Source of the DNA: Planctomycetota bacterium
Lineage (GTDB): Bacteria > Planctomycetota > JAJSAM01 > JAJVHW01
Assembly (NCBI GenBank): GCA_965248445.1
Contig: CBDFJG010000004.1
Location: forward strand, 1,344,001-1,408,000
DNA length: 64,000 nucleotides
Direction of reading: 5' to 3'
Shown one piece after another: positions 1 to 9,319 of the stretch. Under the pieces are notes generated by a model. It searched no databases. It saw only the letters and a program-made list of their open reading frames with translations, and had not been told where the DNA came from. The position numbers and the translations under genes were made by a program. Position 1 is the stretch's first letter. Each line of letters begins with the position of its first letter.

Positions 1-1
1 C

Positions 2-2173
2 GAGGGCGACCGGACCCTCTTCTTCGACTTCCTCCCGATCCCGCTCGGCAGCGTCGGGGGGTTCAAGGTCCGGCTCCAGGGCTTCACCGTGCCCGGTCAG
101 GTGAAATACAACCTGACCCGTCGCTTCGTGCTGCGGGGCGCCGATGCCGTCATCTTCGTGGCTGACTCCGGCGCAGAGGCGTTCGAGGCCAACGTGCTGT
201 CGCTGCGATCGCTGCACGAGAACCTCGCTGTGAACGGCCTCGAGGCCACCGGTCTCCCGATCCTCATTCAGTACAACAAGCGCGACCTGCCCGACCCCGT
301 CGAGATCGAACGCCTGCGTGAGGCTCTCAACGACGCAGGGTGGCCCGAGTACCCGACGACCGCGACGACCGGCGGCGGCGTGTTCGAGGCGTTCCGCCAC
401 GTCTCGTGCGACATGCTCGAGTCACTGGCGCGCGAGTACGGGTTCAGCGAGGGCGAAGCAGCGCGCGAGGAGGTCGCGACTCGTCTCACGACTGTTCAGC
501 GCGCGTACGACGCGCTGCCGGCCGACGAGTTCGAGGTCACCGCCAACGCGCCGTCGCCGCTCGCTGCTGACGACGGGGCCGACGAGGCACGTCTGGCACC
601 GGTGATCGAGGTGTCGGGATCGCCCGACGAGGGCGAGGCGAACGTCGAGGAGCTGCTCGAACGTGCCGTGGACACGCACATGGAGGCCGCGCGCCTCATG
701 TCGGAGTTGCACGCGACGCGCACGGATCTCTCCGACCGCGTGAATCAGCTCGCGGCTCTGCACGAGACGGGCGTGCTCATCTCGAGCGAGCTCGACGGCA
801 AGAAGCTCCTCGAGCGGATCCTCGACCGCGCCCTCTCGACCGTCGGCAGCAAGTACGGCAGCGTGCTGCTGGTCGATCCCGTGGACGGCCAGCTCACCAC
901 GGATCTCGTGCGTGGGTACACCTGCGACCCACTGGCGCTCGCCGGCGCCGCGCCGCCGGAACTCGCCGAGCGCGTGCTCGCCGGAGAGGCGTTCGCGGTG
1001 CGTTCCCAGCTCGAGCCCGGGCTGTTGAAGGCGCCCTTCATGAACGTGGATCCCCCCGCACTCGCCCTGATCTCCCCGATCGTGCACCAGGCCGAGGTGC
1101 TCGGCATCCTCACTGCGTACTTCCCGACGGATCCGGGGGACGACTGGGCGCGCAACCGCGCGCAGTTCCTGTCGGCAGTCTCCGCCCAGGCCGCGGCCGC
1201 GCTCGTCAACTCGCGTCTCTACGCGCGCATCGAGGGGTTCAACCGAGAACTCGAGCGCAAGGTCCGCGAGCGCACTCGCGCGCTACGCCGCGCATATCGG
1301 GACCTGCAGCAACTGGACGGCCTGAAGGACGACTTCCTCGCCTCCATGAGCCACGAGTTGCTGACGCCGCTCACGTCGATCACCGGCTTCGCCGAGATCC
1401 TCGAGACGACCGCCGCGGACGAGGGCGGCGACGCCGCGGAGAACCGGCACGAGTTCGCCACCATCGTCCGTCGGGAGGCGGGCAACCTGACCGCTCTCGT
1501 ACAGACCGTTCTCGACCTGTGCACGCTGGAAAGCGGACAGGCGCCACTGCGCACGGGCATGGTGAACGTGCGCGACACGCTCGAGGGCGCGTATCGAGAG
1601 ATGCGTGGCGCGTTCAAGGACCGGGCGATCCGGGTCCGCGTGCGGGTCGAGGAGAACATGCCTCTGGTCCATGCGGACGCCGCCTGGCTCGAGCGCGTCT
1701 TCGCGTCGCTGCTCTCGAACGCCCTCAAGTTCTCGCCGTCCGGTGGCGAGGCGTCGGTCTCCATCCGGCGCCACGGCACGAACGTCTTGGTCGACGTGAC
1801 CGACGAGGGTCCGGGTGTCCCCGCGGCACTCCGAAAGGTGATCTTCGAGAAGTTCAAGCAGGCCGGGGACCTCCTGACCGAGAAGCCCGAGGGGCTGGGC
1901 CTGGGTCTTCCCATGGCGCGGCTCATCGACGAGGGCATGGGCGGACGCATCTGGTACGAGACGCCGGAGGGCGGCGGCAGCGCGTTCGCCTTCATGTTGC
2001 CGATCGAGGCGCCGCCGGAGCCGTCCGGACCGCCCGCCCCCCGCCGGGAGGACGCGATCGACCTGGAGGACCTCGACGACGATCTGGACGAGGAGTCCGG
2101 GGATGCGGTGACCTCCCCGAGCCCACTGTCGTACGACGGGGCCGAGCCCGCCGCCAAGTCGCCCGCCGAGTAG
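2..2173 (+). CDS. MglA-like small GTPase fused to GAF and histidine kinase (HisKA + HATPase); 5' end lies outside the window
   Basis: The frame is open from base 2: EGDRTLFFDFLP...FTVPGQVKY...VIFVADS...YNKRD are MglA G-motifs. Then a GAF-like region, H-box FLASMSHELLTPLT, N-box NALKFS, and G boxes DEGPGV and GLGLGL. Confidence 0.85.
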   Translation, partial: EGDRTLFFDFLPIPLGSVGGFKVRLQGFTVPGQVKYNLTRRFVLRGADAVIFVADSGAEAFEANVLSLRSLHENLAVNGLEATGLPILIQYNKRDLPDPVEIERLREALNDAGWPEYPTTATTGGGVFEAFRHVSCDMLESLAREYGFSEGEAAREEVATRLTTVQRAYDALPADEFEVTANAPSPLAADDGADEARLAPVIEVSGSPDEGEANVEELLERAVDTHMEAARLMSELHATRTDLSDRVNQLAALHETGVLISSELDGKKLLERILDRALSTVGSKYGSVLLVDPVDGQLTTDLVRGYTCDPLALAGAAPPELAERVLAGEAFAVRSQLEPGLLKAPFMNVDPPALALISPIVHQAEVLGILTAYFPTDPGDDWARNRAQFLSAVSAQAAAALVNSRLYARIEGFNRELERKVRERTRALRRAYRDLQQLDGLKDDFLASMSHELLTPLTSITGFAEILETTAADEGGDAAENRHEFATIVRREAGNLTALVQTVLDLCTLESGQAPLRTGMVNVRDTLEGAYREMRGAFKDRAIRVRVRVEENMPLVHADAAWLERVFASLLSNALKFSPSGGEASVSIRRHGTNVLVDVTDEGPGVPAALRKVIFEKFKQAGDLLTEKPEGLGLGLPMARLIDEGMGGRIWYETPEGGGSAFAFMLPIEAPPEPSGPPAPRREDAIDLEDLDDDLDEESGDAVTSPSPLSYDGAEPAAKSPAE

Positions 2174-2273
2174 CGCCTCCCCCATCAGCGCGTTGAACAA
2201 CTCGACGGGCCACGATCTCGGCCACAATCGGGGCTCACGCCGACTTCTTCAACGCACTGCTATCCTCTCGTCG

Positions 2274-2888
2274 TTGCGCGTTCTCCTTGTCGACAACTAC
2301 GACTCGTTCACCTGGAACGTCGTGCAGGCCCTCCGCACGTTCGGGGCGGATGTCGTCGTGCATCGCAACGACGCGATCGACGTCGGCGGCGCACTCGCAC
2401 TCTCCCCGGACGCTATCATCGTCTCGCCGGGTCCGTGCACTCCGGCGGAAGCGGGAGTCTCCGTCGATCTGGTGGTCGCCGCGGCGGAGCACGGCACGCC
2501 ACTCCTCGGTATCTGCCTCGGGCACCAGGCCATCGGTGTGGCGTTCGGCGGCCGCGTGGAACGCGCGTCGCGCCTCTTGCACGGCAAGACGAGCATCGTG
2601 CACCACGACGGACGCGGTGTGCTGGCCGGCCTGCCTCCGCGGTTCGAAGCGATGCGGTACCACTCACTCGTCGTTGCCGAGCCGCTGCCCGCGGTGCTGG
2701 AGCGCTCCGCGTGGACCGAGCCACCCTCCGCCGTGGACAGCGAACTGATGGCACTGAGACACCTGGAATGCCCAGTCATCGGCGTACAGTTCCATCCTGA
2801 GTCGTATCGCACGCACGAGGGTCCGCGGCTCCTCGAGAACTTCCTCGCACTCGCAACCACCGAAAGCCCCCGGAGGTCCCCGGCATGA
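2274..2888 (+). CDS. trpG: Anthranilate/aminodeoxychorismate synthase component II (glutamine amidotransferase)
   Basis: VDNYDSFTWN, SPGPC, LGICLGHQ, RYHSL and VQFHPES motifs; TTG start at 2274 inferred. trpG and pabA cannot be distinguished. Confidence 0.88.
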   Translation: MRVLLVDNYDSFTWNVVQALRTFGADVVVHRNDAIDVGGALALSPDAIIVSPGPCTPAEAGVSVDLVVAAAEHGTPLLGICLGHQAIGVAFGGRVERASRLLHGKTSIVHHDGRGVLAGLPPRFEAMRYHSLVVAEPLPAVLERSAWTEPPSAVDSELMALRHLECPVIGVQFHPESYRTHEGPRLLENFLALATTESPRRSPA

Positions 2889-3811
2889 CGGTTTCCGACT
2901 CCTGGCCCGCGCGCCTGCGCGCGGCGTGCCGCACCAAGTCCTCGGTCGTGTGCGTCGGCATCGATCCGCGCATCGAGATGCTCCCGTCGGAGTTCACGGG
3001 CAGCGGACCGGTGACGCACGAGGAGAAGGCCACAGCAGTCGGCGACTGGGCCACGGAGTTGCTGGACGTGATCGCCGACGTCGCGGTCGTTGTGAAGCCG
3101 CAATCCGCGTTCTTCGAACAGTTCGGGCCGGCCGGGTTCGCGGCGCTCGCCCGCACCATCCGCGCTGCGAAGGAGCGCGGCCTCCTTGTACTCCTTGACG
3201 CGAAGCGCGGGGACATCGGGTTCACGGTCGAGGCGTACGCGCGCGCGCTGCTCGACGATGAGGGCATGGGGGCCGACGCGCTGACGGTGAACGCGTACCT
3301 CGGCCGCGAGACGCTCGCGCCGTTCATCGCGCGAACGCGCGAGAGCGGCAAGGGACTGTACGTCCTGGTCAAGACCAGCAACCCCGGGTCCGCCGACCTG
3401 CAAGACCTGAACGTGGACGGGACCCCGCTGTATGAGCATGTCGCGCGGATGGTCGCCTCGATCGGTGACGAGACGCCCGTGGACGAGGGGGGTTGGAACT
3501 CCGTCGGCGCGGTCGTCGGCGCGACGTACCCCGAGGAACTGGTGCGCCTCCGCGAGCTCATGCCGCACGCGCCGATCCTGGTGCCGGGCTACGGCGCACA
3601 GGGCGGTGGCGCGGCCGATTGCCGAGGAGCATTCGGCAGCGACGGCCTGGGCGCGATCGTCAGCTCGTCGCGCGGGATCATCTTCGCGCACTCGCGGGAA
3701 CCCGGTGCGAGCGCACACGGCGATGGTGGTTGGCGCGCGGCCGTGCGCGACGCCGCCGCGTCCATGCGCGACGCGCTGCGCGCGGTCGGCGCGGGCGCGC
3801 CGCCGGCGTGA
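2885..3811 (+). CDS. pyrF: Orotidine-5'-phosphate decarboxylase (subfamily 2)
   Basis: CVGIDP, KPQSAFFE, DAKRGDIG, KTSNPGS, GAVVGAT, LVPGYGAQGG, SSRGI. Confidence 0.95.
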   Translation: MTVSDSWPARLRAACRTKSSVVCVGIDPRIEMLPSEFTGSGPVTHEEKATAVGDWATELLDVIADVAVVVKPQSAFFEQFGPAGFAALARTIRAAKERGLLVLLDAKRGDIGFTVEAYARALLDDEGMGADALTVNAYLGRETLAPFIARTRESGKGLYVLVKTSNPGSADLQDLNVDGTPLYEHVARMVASIGDETPVDEGGWNSVGAVVGATYPEELVRLRELMPHAPILVPGYGAQGGGAADCRGAFGSDGLGAIVSSSRGIIFAHSREPGASAHGDGGWRAAVRDAAASMRDALRAVGAGAPPA

Positions 3812-3833
3812 CCATGCCGTGGTGACGCATGAC

Positions 3834-4571
3834 ATGATCCCTCCGAGTGATCCCGATTGGTTCGTCTCGGCGTTCGGCCGCGAGTACCTGCGCGTCTACG
3901 CGCACCGCAGCGACGCCGCGGCGAGGCAGGAAATCGATTTCGTGGCGTCCGCGCTCTCGCTCGGCGACGGGGATGCGCTGCTCGACGCGGGTTGCGGCGC
4001 AGGCCGGCACGCCCGCGCGCTGGCCGCAGCCGGGGCGCGCGTGATCGGCCTCGACCTCTCCCTCGACTTGCTGTCTCGTGCGAGCGACGCGGGCGGCGGT
4101 CCAGCGTACGTGCGCGGAGACTTGCGCGCTCTCCCGTTCGCTGATGCGGCGTTCGCACACGTCGCCTCGCTGTTCACGTCGTTCGGGTACTTCGACGACG
4201 CGGGCAACGCGGGACAACTCCGCGACTTCCGGCGCGTGCTGCGCGCTGACGGCCGCTTGTTCCTCGATTACATGAACGCCGAACGCGTCCGGGCGACTCT
4301 CGTACCGCGCAGCGATCGCACGGAGGACGGTGTCCGTTTGCTCGAGGAACGGCGCATTCGCGCCGGCCGCGTCGAGAAAGACGTGCGCGTGGAGCGCGAG
4401 GGTGAAGAGACGATGACGTGGACCGAGTCCGTCCGGCTCTACGACTGCGACGAGGTGCAGGCGTTGGTGCGCGGCGCACGCTTCGAGGTTCGCGACGTCG
4501 CGGGTGACCTGTCGGGAGCGCCGTGGACGAGCATGTCGCCGCGCACGATCATCGTCGGAGTCGCGGCGTGA
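3834..4571 (+). CDS. Class I SAM-dependent methyltransferase coupled to bshC (NmbA-like candidate)
   Basis: LDAGCGAGRH, GLDLS, GDLRALPF, FTSFGYF; its stop overlaps the bshC start (GTGA). Confidence 0.85.
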   Translation: MIPPSDPDWFVSAFGREYLRVYAHRSDAAARQEIDFVASALSLGDGDALLDAGCGAGRHARALAAAGARVIGLDLSLDLLSRASDAGGGPAYVRGDLRALPFADAAFAHVASLFTSFGYFDDAGNAGQLRDFRRVLRADGRLFLDYMNAERVRATLVPRSDRTEDGVRLLEERRIRAGRVEKDVRVEREGEETMTWTESVRLYDCDEVQALVRGARFEVRDVAGDLSGAPWTSMSPRTIIVGVAA

Positions 4572-6130
4572 CGGTCATCCCCCCCGCCGATCTTCTCGCG
4601 GAGGACACGCTTGCGCGCGCGCTCGTGACGGGCGACCCGCGCGTTGCCGGGCTCGTGCGCGGCGCCGATGGCGACGAGGCCGCCCTGCTTGCGGCGGCGC
4701 GGGAGGCCGCGACGCGCGACATCGACAGGACCGCACTCGTGGATGCGCTGGTTGCCGGACTGGACGACCTGGACGCCCCCGACGGGGCGCGCGCCGCCGC
4801 GCGGCGGTTGGGAGAATCGGGTGTCGTCGCCGTCGTGGCGGGTCAGCAGCCCGTTCTGCTCGGCGGAGCCGGAATGGTCCTGACCAAGGCGCTCGCAGCT
4901 GCCGCCGTCGCGGCGCGTCTCGAAGCCCACGGCATCCCCGCGGTGCCGGTCTACTGGCATGCGAGCGAAGACCACGACCAGGGCGAGGCGGACCACGTCA
5001 GGCTCCTGACGGCCGACTGCGAGTCGTTCGACTCGTTCCGGCTGGCGTTGCCGGAGGACGGACGAACGCTCGCAGCGACCGCGCTCCCGCCCGGCACCGG
5101 GGATCTCGTCGCGACAGCGACCGCTCGGCTCCCGGACGGTGACGCCCGCGAGCGCATCCTCGAGTTGCTGGCGCCGCGCGACGGCGACACGTTCGGCCGT
5201 TGGACCGGCCGGCTCGTGGCGGGACTGCTGGGGCCACTGGGCATCGTCGTCGTGGAGCCCCACCGGCTGCGCCGGCTCGCCGCCGGGGTGACGCAGCACG
5301 AGCTGACCCATCCGCACGAACTGCACGCACGGGTCTCGGACGTCCTGCGCCGCCTCGAGGCGTCGGCGCCGGAGATCACGCCGCCCCTCGATCTGGCGCG
5401 CCCCGAGCTCTTGTTCCTTCTCGACGACGGCGTGCGGAGGGCCATCACGATCGACGCGGCGGCGGGCACGTACGCGACGCGGGCCGGGCCGGCCGGAGAT
5501 CTCGCGGCGCTGCGCGCCCGTGACCCGTCGGAGTTCTCTTGGAACGTCGTGGCGCGGGTCCTGGCTCAGAACACGGCCCTGCCCGTCGCGGCGCAACTCT
5601 GCGGACCCTCCGAACTCGGGTACGTCGCGATGTTCGGCGATGCGCACGAGGCCCTCGGACTCTCCCAGCCGGCCACACTGCTGCGTCCGGGGCTGACAGC
5701 CGTGCCGCGCAAGGCTGCCCGGGCGGCTCGGGCGCTCGACGTCGACACCGCTGCGGCGGTGCGCGGGGCGGCGGACGCGCTCAGCCCCGCCCTTGACGGA
5801 CCCGCGGCGGAGGCGTTCGGGGAGGCGCTCCGCGCACTCGAGGCGCTCCCAGAGGGCCGCAGTCCGGCGGTCGAGCGGCGGCGGGCTGAGCTCCTGCGCC
5901 GGCTGTCGCTGTTCGAACAGGCCTACCGCAGCGAGTACGAAGACCTCGACGCGACCCGCAGGAGACGCCTCCGCTGCCTGAGGACGTCCCTTCGGCCGCG
6001 CGATGGCCTCGCTGAGCGCACCCTCTCTCCCCTCACCTGGCTTGCCAGAGAGGGCCTCACGGCGCTGCCGAGGGTGCGCGACCTCCTGGACCGGCTCGAT
6101 GGCGGGCACGTGGTGGCGGAACTCGGATAG
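4568..6130 (+). CDS. bshC: Bacillithiol biosynthesis cysteine-adding enzyme BshC
   Basis: AGQQPVLLGG, YWHASEDHD, FSWNVVAR, GPSELGY and C-terminal LRP.DGLAER; adjacent to bshB and bshA. Confidence 0.85.
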   Translation: MTVIPPADLLAEDTLARALVTGDPRVAGLVRGADGDEAALLAAAREAATRDIDRTALVDALVAGLDDLDAPDGARAAARRLGESGVVAVVAGQQPVLLGGAGMVLTKALAAAAVAARLEAHGIPAVPVYWHASEDHDQGEADHVRLLTADCESFDSFRLALPEDGRTLAATALPPGTGDLVATATARLPDGDARERILELLAPRDGDTFGRWTGRLVAGLLGPLGIVVVEPHRLRRLAAGVTQHELTHPHELHARVSDVLRRLEASAPEITPPLDLARPELLFLLDDGVRRAITIDAAAGTYATRAGPAGDLAALRARDPSEFSWNVVARVLAQNTALPVAAQLCGPSELGYVAMFGDAHEALGLSQPATLLRPGLTAVPRKAARAARALDVDTAAAVRGAADALSPALDGPAAEAFGEALRALEALPEGRSPAVERRRAELLRRLSLFEQAYRSEYEDLDATRRRRLRCLRTSLRPRDGLAERTLSPLTWLAREGLTALPRVRDLLDRLDGGHVVAELG

Positions 6131-6204
6131 CGTGTTCGTGCGTTCCCCCCGGGAACGACACGCCACCGACCGTCACACCCCCCGACCGCTAAGACCTCGA
6201 GGAG

Positions 6205-6939
6205 ATGACCCAGATGATCGACGTGCTCGCCTTCGGAGCGCACCCCGACGACGTGGAGCTCGCCATCGGCGGGACCATGCTCCGGCTGCGGGATGCCGGG
6301 CTCGCGCTCGGGGTGGTCGACTTCACGCGGGGCGAGCGCGGGAGCCGCGGTACCCCCGAGACCCGCGCCGCCGAGGCCGCGAAGGCGACGGAGATCATGG
6401 GGCTGGCCTTCCGTGAGACGCTCGACTTCCCCGACACCGAGCTCCAGCCGACCCTCGAGCTCCGCCGGGCCGCAGTCGAGGCGATCCGCCGCCATCGGCC
6501 GAAGATCATCCTCGCGCCTCTCTCGCACGACCTCCACCCCGACCACGCGGCTGCGGGGCAGGCCGTTCACGACGCGTTTTACCCTTCGGGCATGCGCAAC
6601 GCTGACGCCGCGGGGGAGGCGTACCGGCCGCTGCGGCTACTCCAGTTCGCGATGCACCACGAGGAGGGCAACGGGGTCGTGGTCGACGTGACGTCCGTCT
6701 GGCAGGAGAGGTTGGAACTCGCGCAGTGCTTCGCCAGCCAGCTCCACGCGCCGCCGCCCGGCACCGAGGGGGCTGACTTCCCCACCCTGATCGCCCGCGG
6801 TGACTTCCTGTCGCGAATCGCCGCGCGGGCGCAGGTCTGGGGACGCCGCGCCGGCGTCGTGTTCGGCGAACCGCTCTATCCGCTCGGCGCGCTGCCGATC
6901 ACCGACCCGCTCGCACTGCTCGTGGAGCCTCTGTCGTGA
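6205..6939 (+). CDS. bshB1: GlcNAc-malate deacetylase BshB1 (PIG-L family)
   Basis: AFGAHPDDVEL, TRGERGSRGT, HPDH, CFASQ. Confidence 0.88.
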   Translation: MTQMIDVLAFGAHPDDVELAIGGTMLRLRDAGLALGVVDFTRGERGSRGTPETRAAEAAKATEIMGLAFRETLDFPDTELQPTLELRRAAVEAIRRHRPKIILAPLSHDLHPDHAAAGQAVHDAFYPSGMRNADAAGEAYRPLRLLQFAMHHEEGNGVVVDVTSVWQERLELAQCFASQLHAPPPGTEGADFPTLIARGDFLSRIAARAQVWGRRAGVVFGEPLYPLGALPITDPLALLVEPLS

Positions 6940-8075
6940 GCGATCGCCTGCGCATCGGGATCTGCTGCTACCCGACGTACGGCGGCAGCGGCGCCGTCGC
7001 CACCGAGCTCGGGCTCGCGCTCGCGGCGCGCGGCCACGAAGTCCACTTCCTCTCCTATGCGCGCCCGGCCCGGCTCGCGGGGTTCCACGCCAACGTCACG
7101 TTCCACTCGGTCGAGGTCTCGCAGTACCCGCTGTTTCGGTACCCGCCCTACGACCTGGCGCTGGCGTCCGTGATGCGCGACGTAGCGGCTCATCACGATC
7201 TCGACGTGCTCCACGTCCACTACGCGATCCCCCACGCGGTCTCAGCCATCCTGGCGCGCGAGATGCTCGGCGGTGGCCGCCGCCCGCGCATCGTGACCAC
7301 CCTGCATGGCACGGACATCACGATCGTGGGCGCGGAGTCGACCTACGTCCACCCGACGCGCTTCGGAATCGATCGCAGCGACGCGGTCACGGCGGTCTCG
7401 GGCTGGCTGCGCAAGGAGACCGACCGGATCTTCGCGCCGAAGAACGACGTGCAGGTGGTCCCCAACTTCGTGGACGTCGAGCGCTTCAAGCCGATGCGGT
7501 GCGAGGCGACGCGCACGGGTCTCGGCTTGTGCGACGAGCTCTGTCTGGCCCACGTGTCGAACTTCCGCCCGGTCAAGCGTGTCGAGGATGTGGTCCGCAT
7601 CTTCGCCCGGGTCGCGCGCGAACTCCCCGCACGCCTCGTGCTGGCGGGCGACGGTCCCGAGCGCACCCGCGCCGAGGCGATCGCTCGCGAGGAGGGTGTG
7701 TTCGATCTCTGCCGGTTCCTCGGCGAACAAGAGGAGATCGAACGCGTGCTCGCGTGTGCGGACCTGTTCGTGCTCCCCAGCGAGTCGGAGTCGTTCGGAC
7801 TCGCCGCACTCGAAGCGATGGCCTGCGGCGTACCCGTGCTCGGGACGCGTGCGGGGGGGCTGCCCGAGGTCGTCGCCGACGGCGAGACCGGCATTCTGTT
7901 CGAGATCGGCGACATCGAGACAGCGGCGCGCGAGGCGGTTGCCCTGCTTCGTGACGACGCGCGGCGCACGAGGATGGGTGCGGCGGCGCGGGAGCGCGCC
8001 GTCGCGCGCTTCGCCGAGAGCGACGTGGTTGCGCAGTACGAGTCGCTCTACCGCGGCGCCGCAGCGCTCGTCTGA
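6936..8075 (+). CDS. bshA: N-acetyl-alpha-D-glucosaminyl L-malate synthase BshA (GT4)
   Basis: GICCYPTYGGSGAVATELG, HVHYAIPHA, TTLHGTDIT, HVSNFRPVKR, ESFGLAALEAM. Confidence 0.95.
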   Translation: MSDRLRIGICCYPTYGGSGAVATELGLALAARGHEVHFLSYARPARLAGFHANVTFHSVEVSQYPLFRYPPYDLALASVMRDVAAHHDLDVLHVHYAIPHAVSAILAREMLGGGRRPRIVTTLHGTDITIVGAESTYVHPTRFGIDRSDAVTAVSGWLRKETDRIFAPKNDVQVVPNFVDVERFKPMRCEATRTGLGLCDELCLAHVSNFRPVKRVEDVVRIFARVARELPARLVLAGDGPERTRAEAIAREEGVFDLCRFLGEQEEIERVLACADLFVLPSESESFGLAALEAMACGVPVLGTRAGGLPEVVADGETGILFEIGDIETAAREAVALLRDDARRTRMGAAARERAVARFAESDVVAQYESLYRGAAALV

Positions 8076-9319
8076 GCAGCGCTGGTCTGATCAGTGCTCG
8101 TCGGAGCAGCGTTCGTCGGGTCCGAGGTCGCTGCGTCGAGCAGTTCGGCGAGCATCCCGTCCGCCAGCTCGAAGCCCCGCGCCGTGAACGCGACCCACGG
8201 CCCCGTCTCGCTCTCCTGCACCGTCAGGAGGCCCGCGTCTGCAAAACGGCTGAGATGCGCGTCAAAAGCGTGTTTGACGTCGATGCCGTGCCGTCGCTCC
8301 AGCAGCGCCAGCGGCGCCCCCTCGCGGGTCCGCAGGCGCAGCATCAGTTCCTCGGCGAGCGCGTGGACCGGCGTGAGTGGGCCGTCCACCTCACCGGTCG
8401 CTTCGCCGGTCGCGAGGGCACGGCTCTGCCAAGTGCGCCAGTCGGCGACGTTGCGCCGCCGTGTGCGGTCCGTGTGGGTCACCGCGGAGGGACCGAGGCC
8501 GATGTACTCGCCGTTGCGCCACGTGGCCTGGTTGTGCCGGCATGTGTGACCCGGCCGAGCGAAGTTCGACACCTCGTAGCGCAGAAGTCCAGCCTCGCCG
8601 AGGCGGTCTTCCGCGATGCGCATCATCGAGAGTTCTTTCTCGTCGTCCTCGGGCGTGACGAGGCCCGCATCGCGCTTCGCCGTCAACGCCGTCCCGGGTT
8701 CGTAGATCAGCGCGTACGCGGACACGTGATCCGTCCCGAGACGCACCGCTTCGTCGAGATCGCGGCGGAACGTGTCGACACCCTGTCCGGGAATGGCGAA
8801 CAGGAGATCAACCGAGACGTCGGTCGCGCCGGCGGCGCGCGCGATCTCGACCGCGCGACGCGCTTCGTGCGGCGTGTGCACGCGCCCCACCGAACGCAAC
8901 ACGTCAGCGTCAAAGCTCTGAACACCGATTGAAAAGCGCGTTACACCCGCATCGAGCATCGCGCGCGCCTTCTCGGCGGACAAGCTGTTCGGGTTGCACT
9001 CGACAGTCCACTCGTGCAGCCGTCCGGAACGTTTCACGTGAGACAAAACCAGCGCGAGCATCGCGTCGAAATCGGGCATGTCGAGAGCCGTCGGTGTACC
9101 GCCTCCGATGAACACGGTTGCGGGCGCGAAGTCATGCGGAACGCGGTGTTCTGCCTCGCGTGCGAGCGCGTCCACGAAGCGGTGCGACGTCACGTCGCCG
9201 CGCGCGACGGAGTAGAAGTCGCAGTAGCTGCACTTCGCCTCGCAGTACGGAACGTGCACGTACAGTCCCGGTGCGTCGCGGGTCTCGCGCGCGGCCAGTG
9301 CGTCGAGTGGATCGCTCAC
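8048..9319 (-). CDS. hemW: Radical SAM heme chaperone HemW (HemN-like)
   Basis: LYVHVPYCEAKCSYCDF, FIGGGTPT, SIGVQSF, YEVSNFA, HN..TW; GTG start at 9319 overlaps the sigma stop. Confidence 0.9.
   Translation of the reverse strand: MSDPLDALAARETRDAPGLYVHVPYCEAKCSYCDFYSVARGDVTSHRFVDALAREAEHRVPHDFAPATVFIGGGTPTALDMPDFDAMLALVLSHVKRSGRLHEWTVECNPNSLSAEKARAMLDAGVTRFSIGVQSFDADVLRSVGRVHTPHEARRAVEIARAAGATDVSVDLLFAIPGQGVDTFRRDLDEAVRLGTDHVSAYALIYEPGTALTAKRDAGLVTPEDDEKELSMMRIAEDRLGEAGLLRYEVSNFARPGHTCRHNQATWRNGEYIGLGPSAVTHTDRTRRRNVADWRTWQSRALATGEATGEVDGPLTPVHALAEELMLRLRTREGAPLALLERRHGIDVKHAFDAHLSRFADAGLLTVQESETGPWVAFTARGFELADGMLAELLDAATSDPTNAAPTSTDQTSAAQTSAAAPR
8061..8120. repeat. Four degenerate 15-bp tandem repeats (GCAGCGCTCGTCTGA-like) at the bshA/hemW convergent overlap
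   Basis: Units start at 8061, 8076, 8091 and 8106; they encode the HemW tail PTNAA/PTSTD/QTSAA/QTSAA. Confidence 0.7.
9030..9045. promoter_or_regulatory. parS-like site inside hemW
   Basis: CGTTTCACGTGAGACA, near-consensus parS palindrome (TGTTTCACGTGAAACA). Confidence 0.65.
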
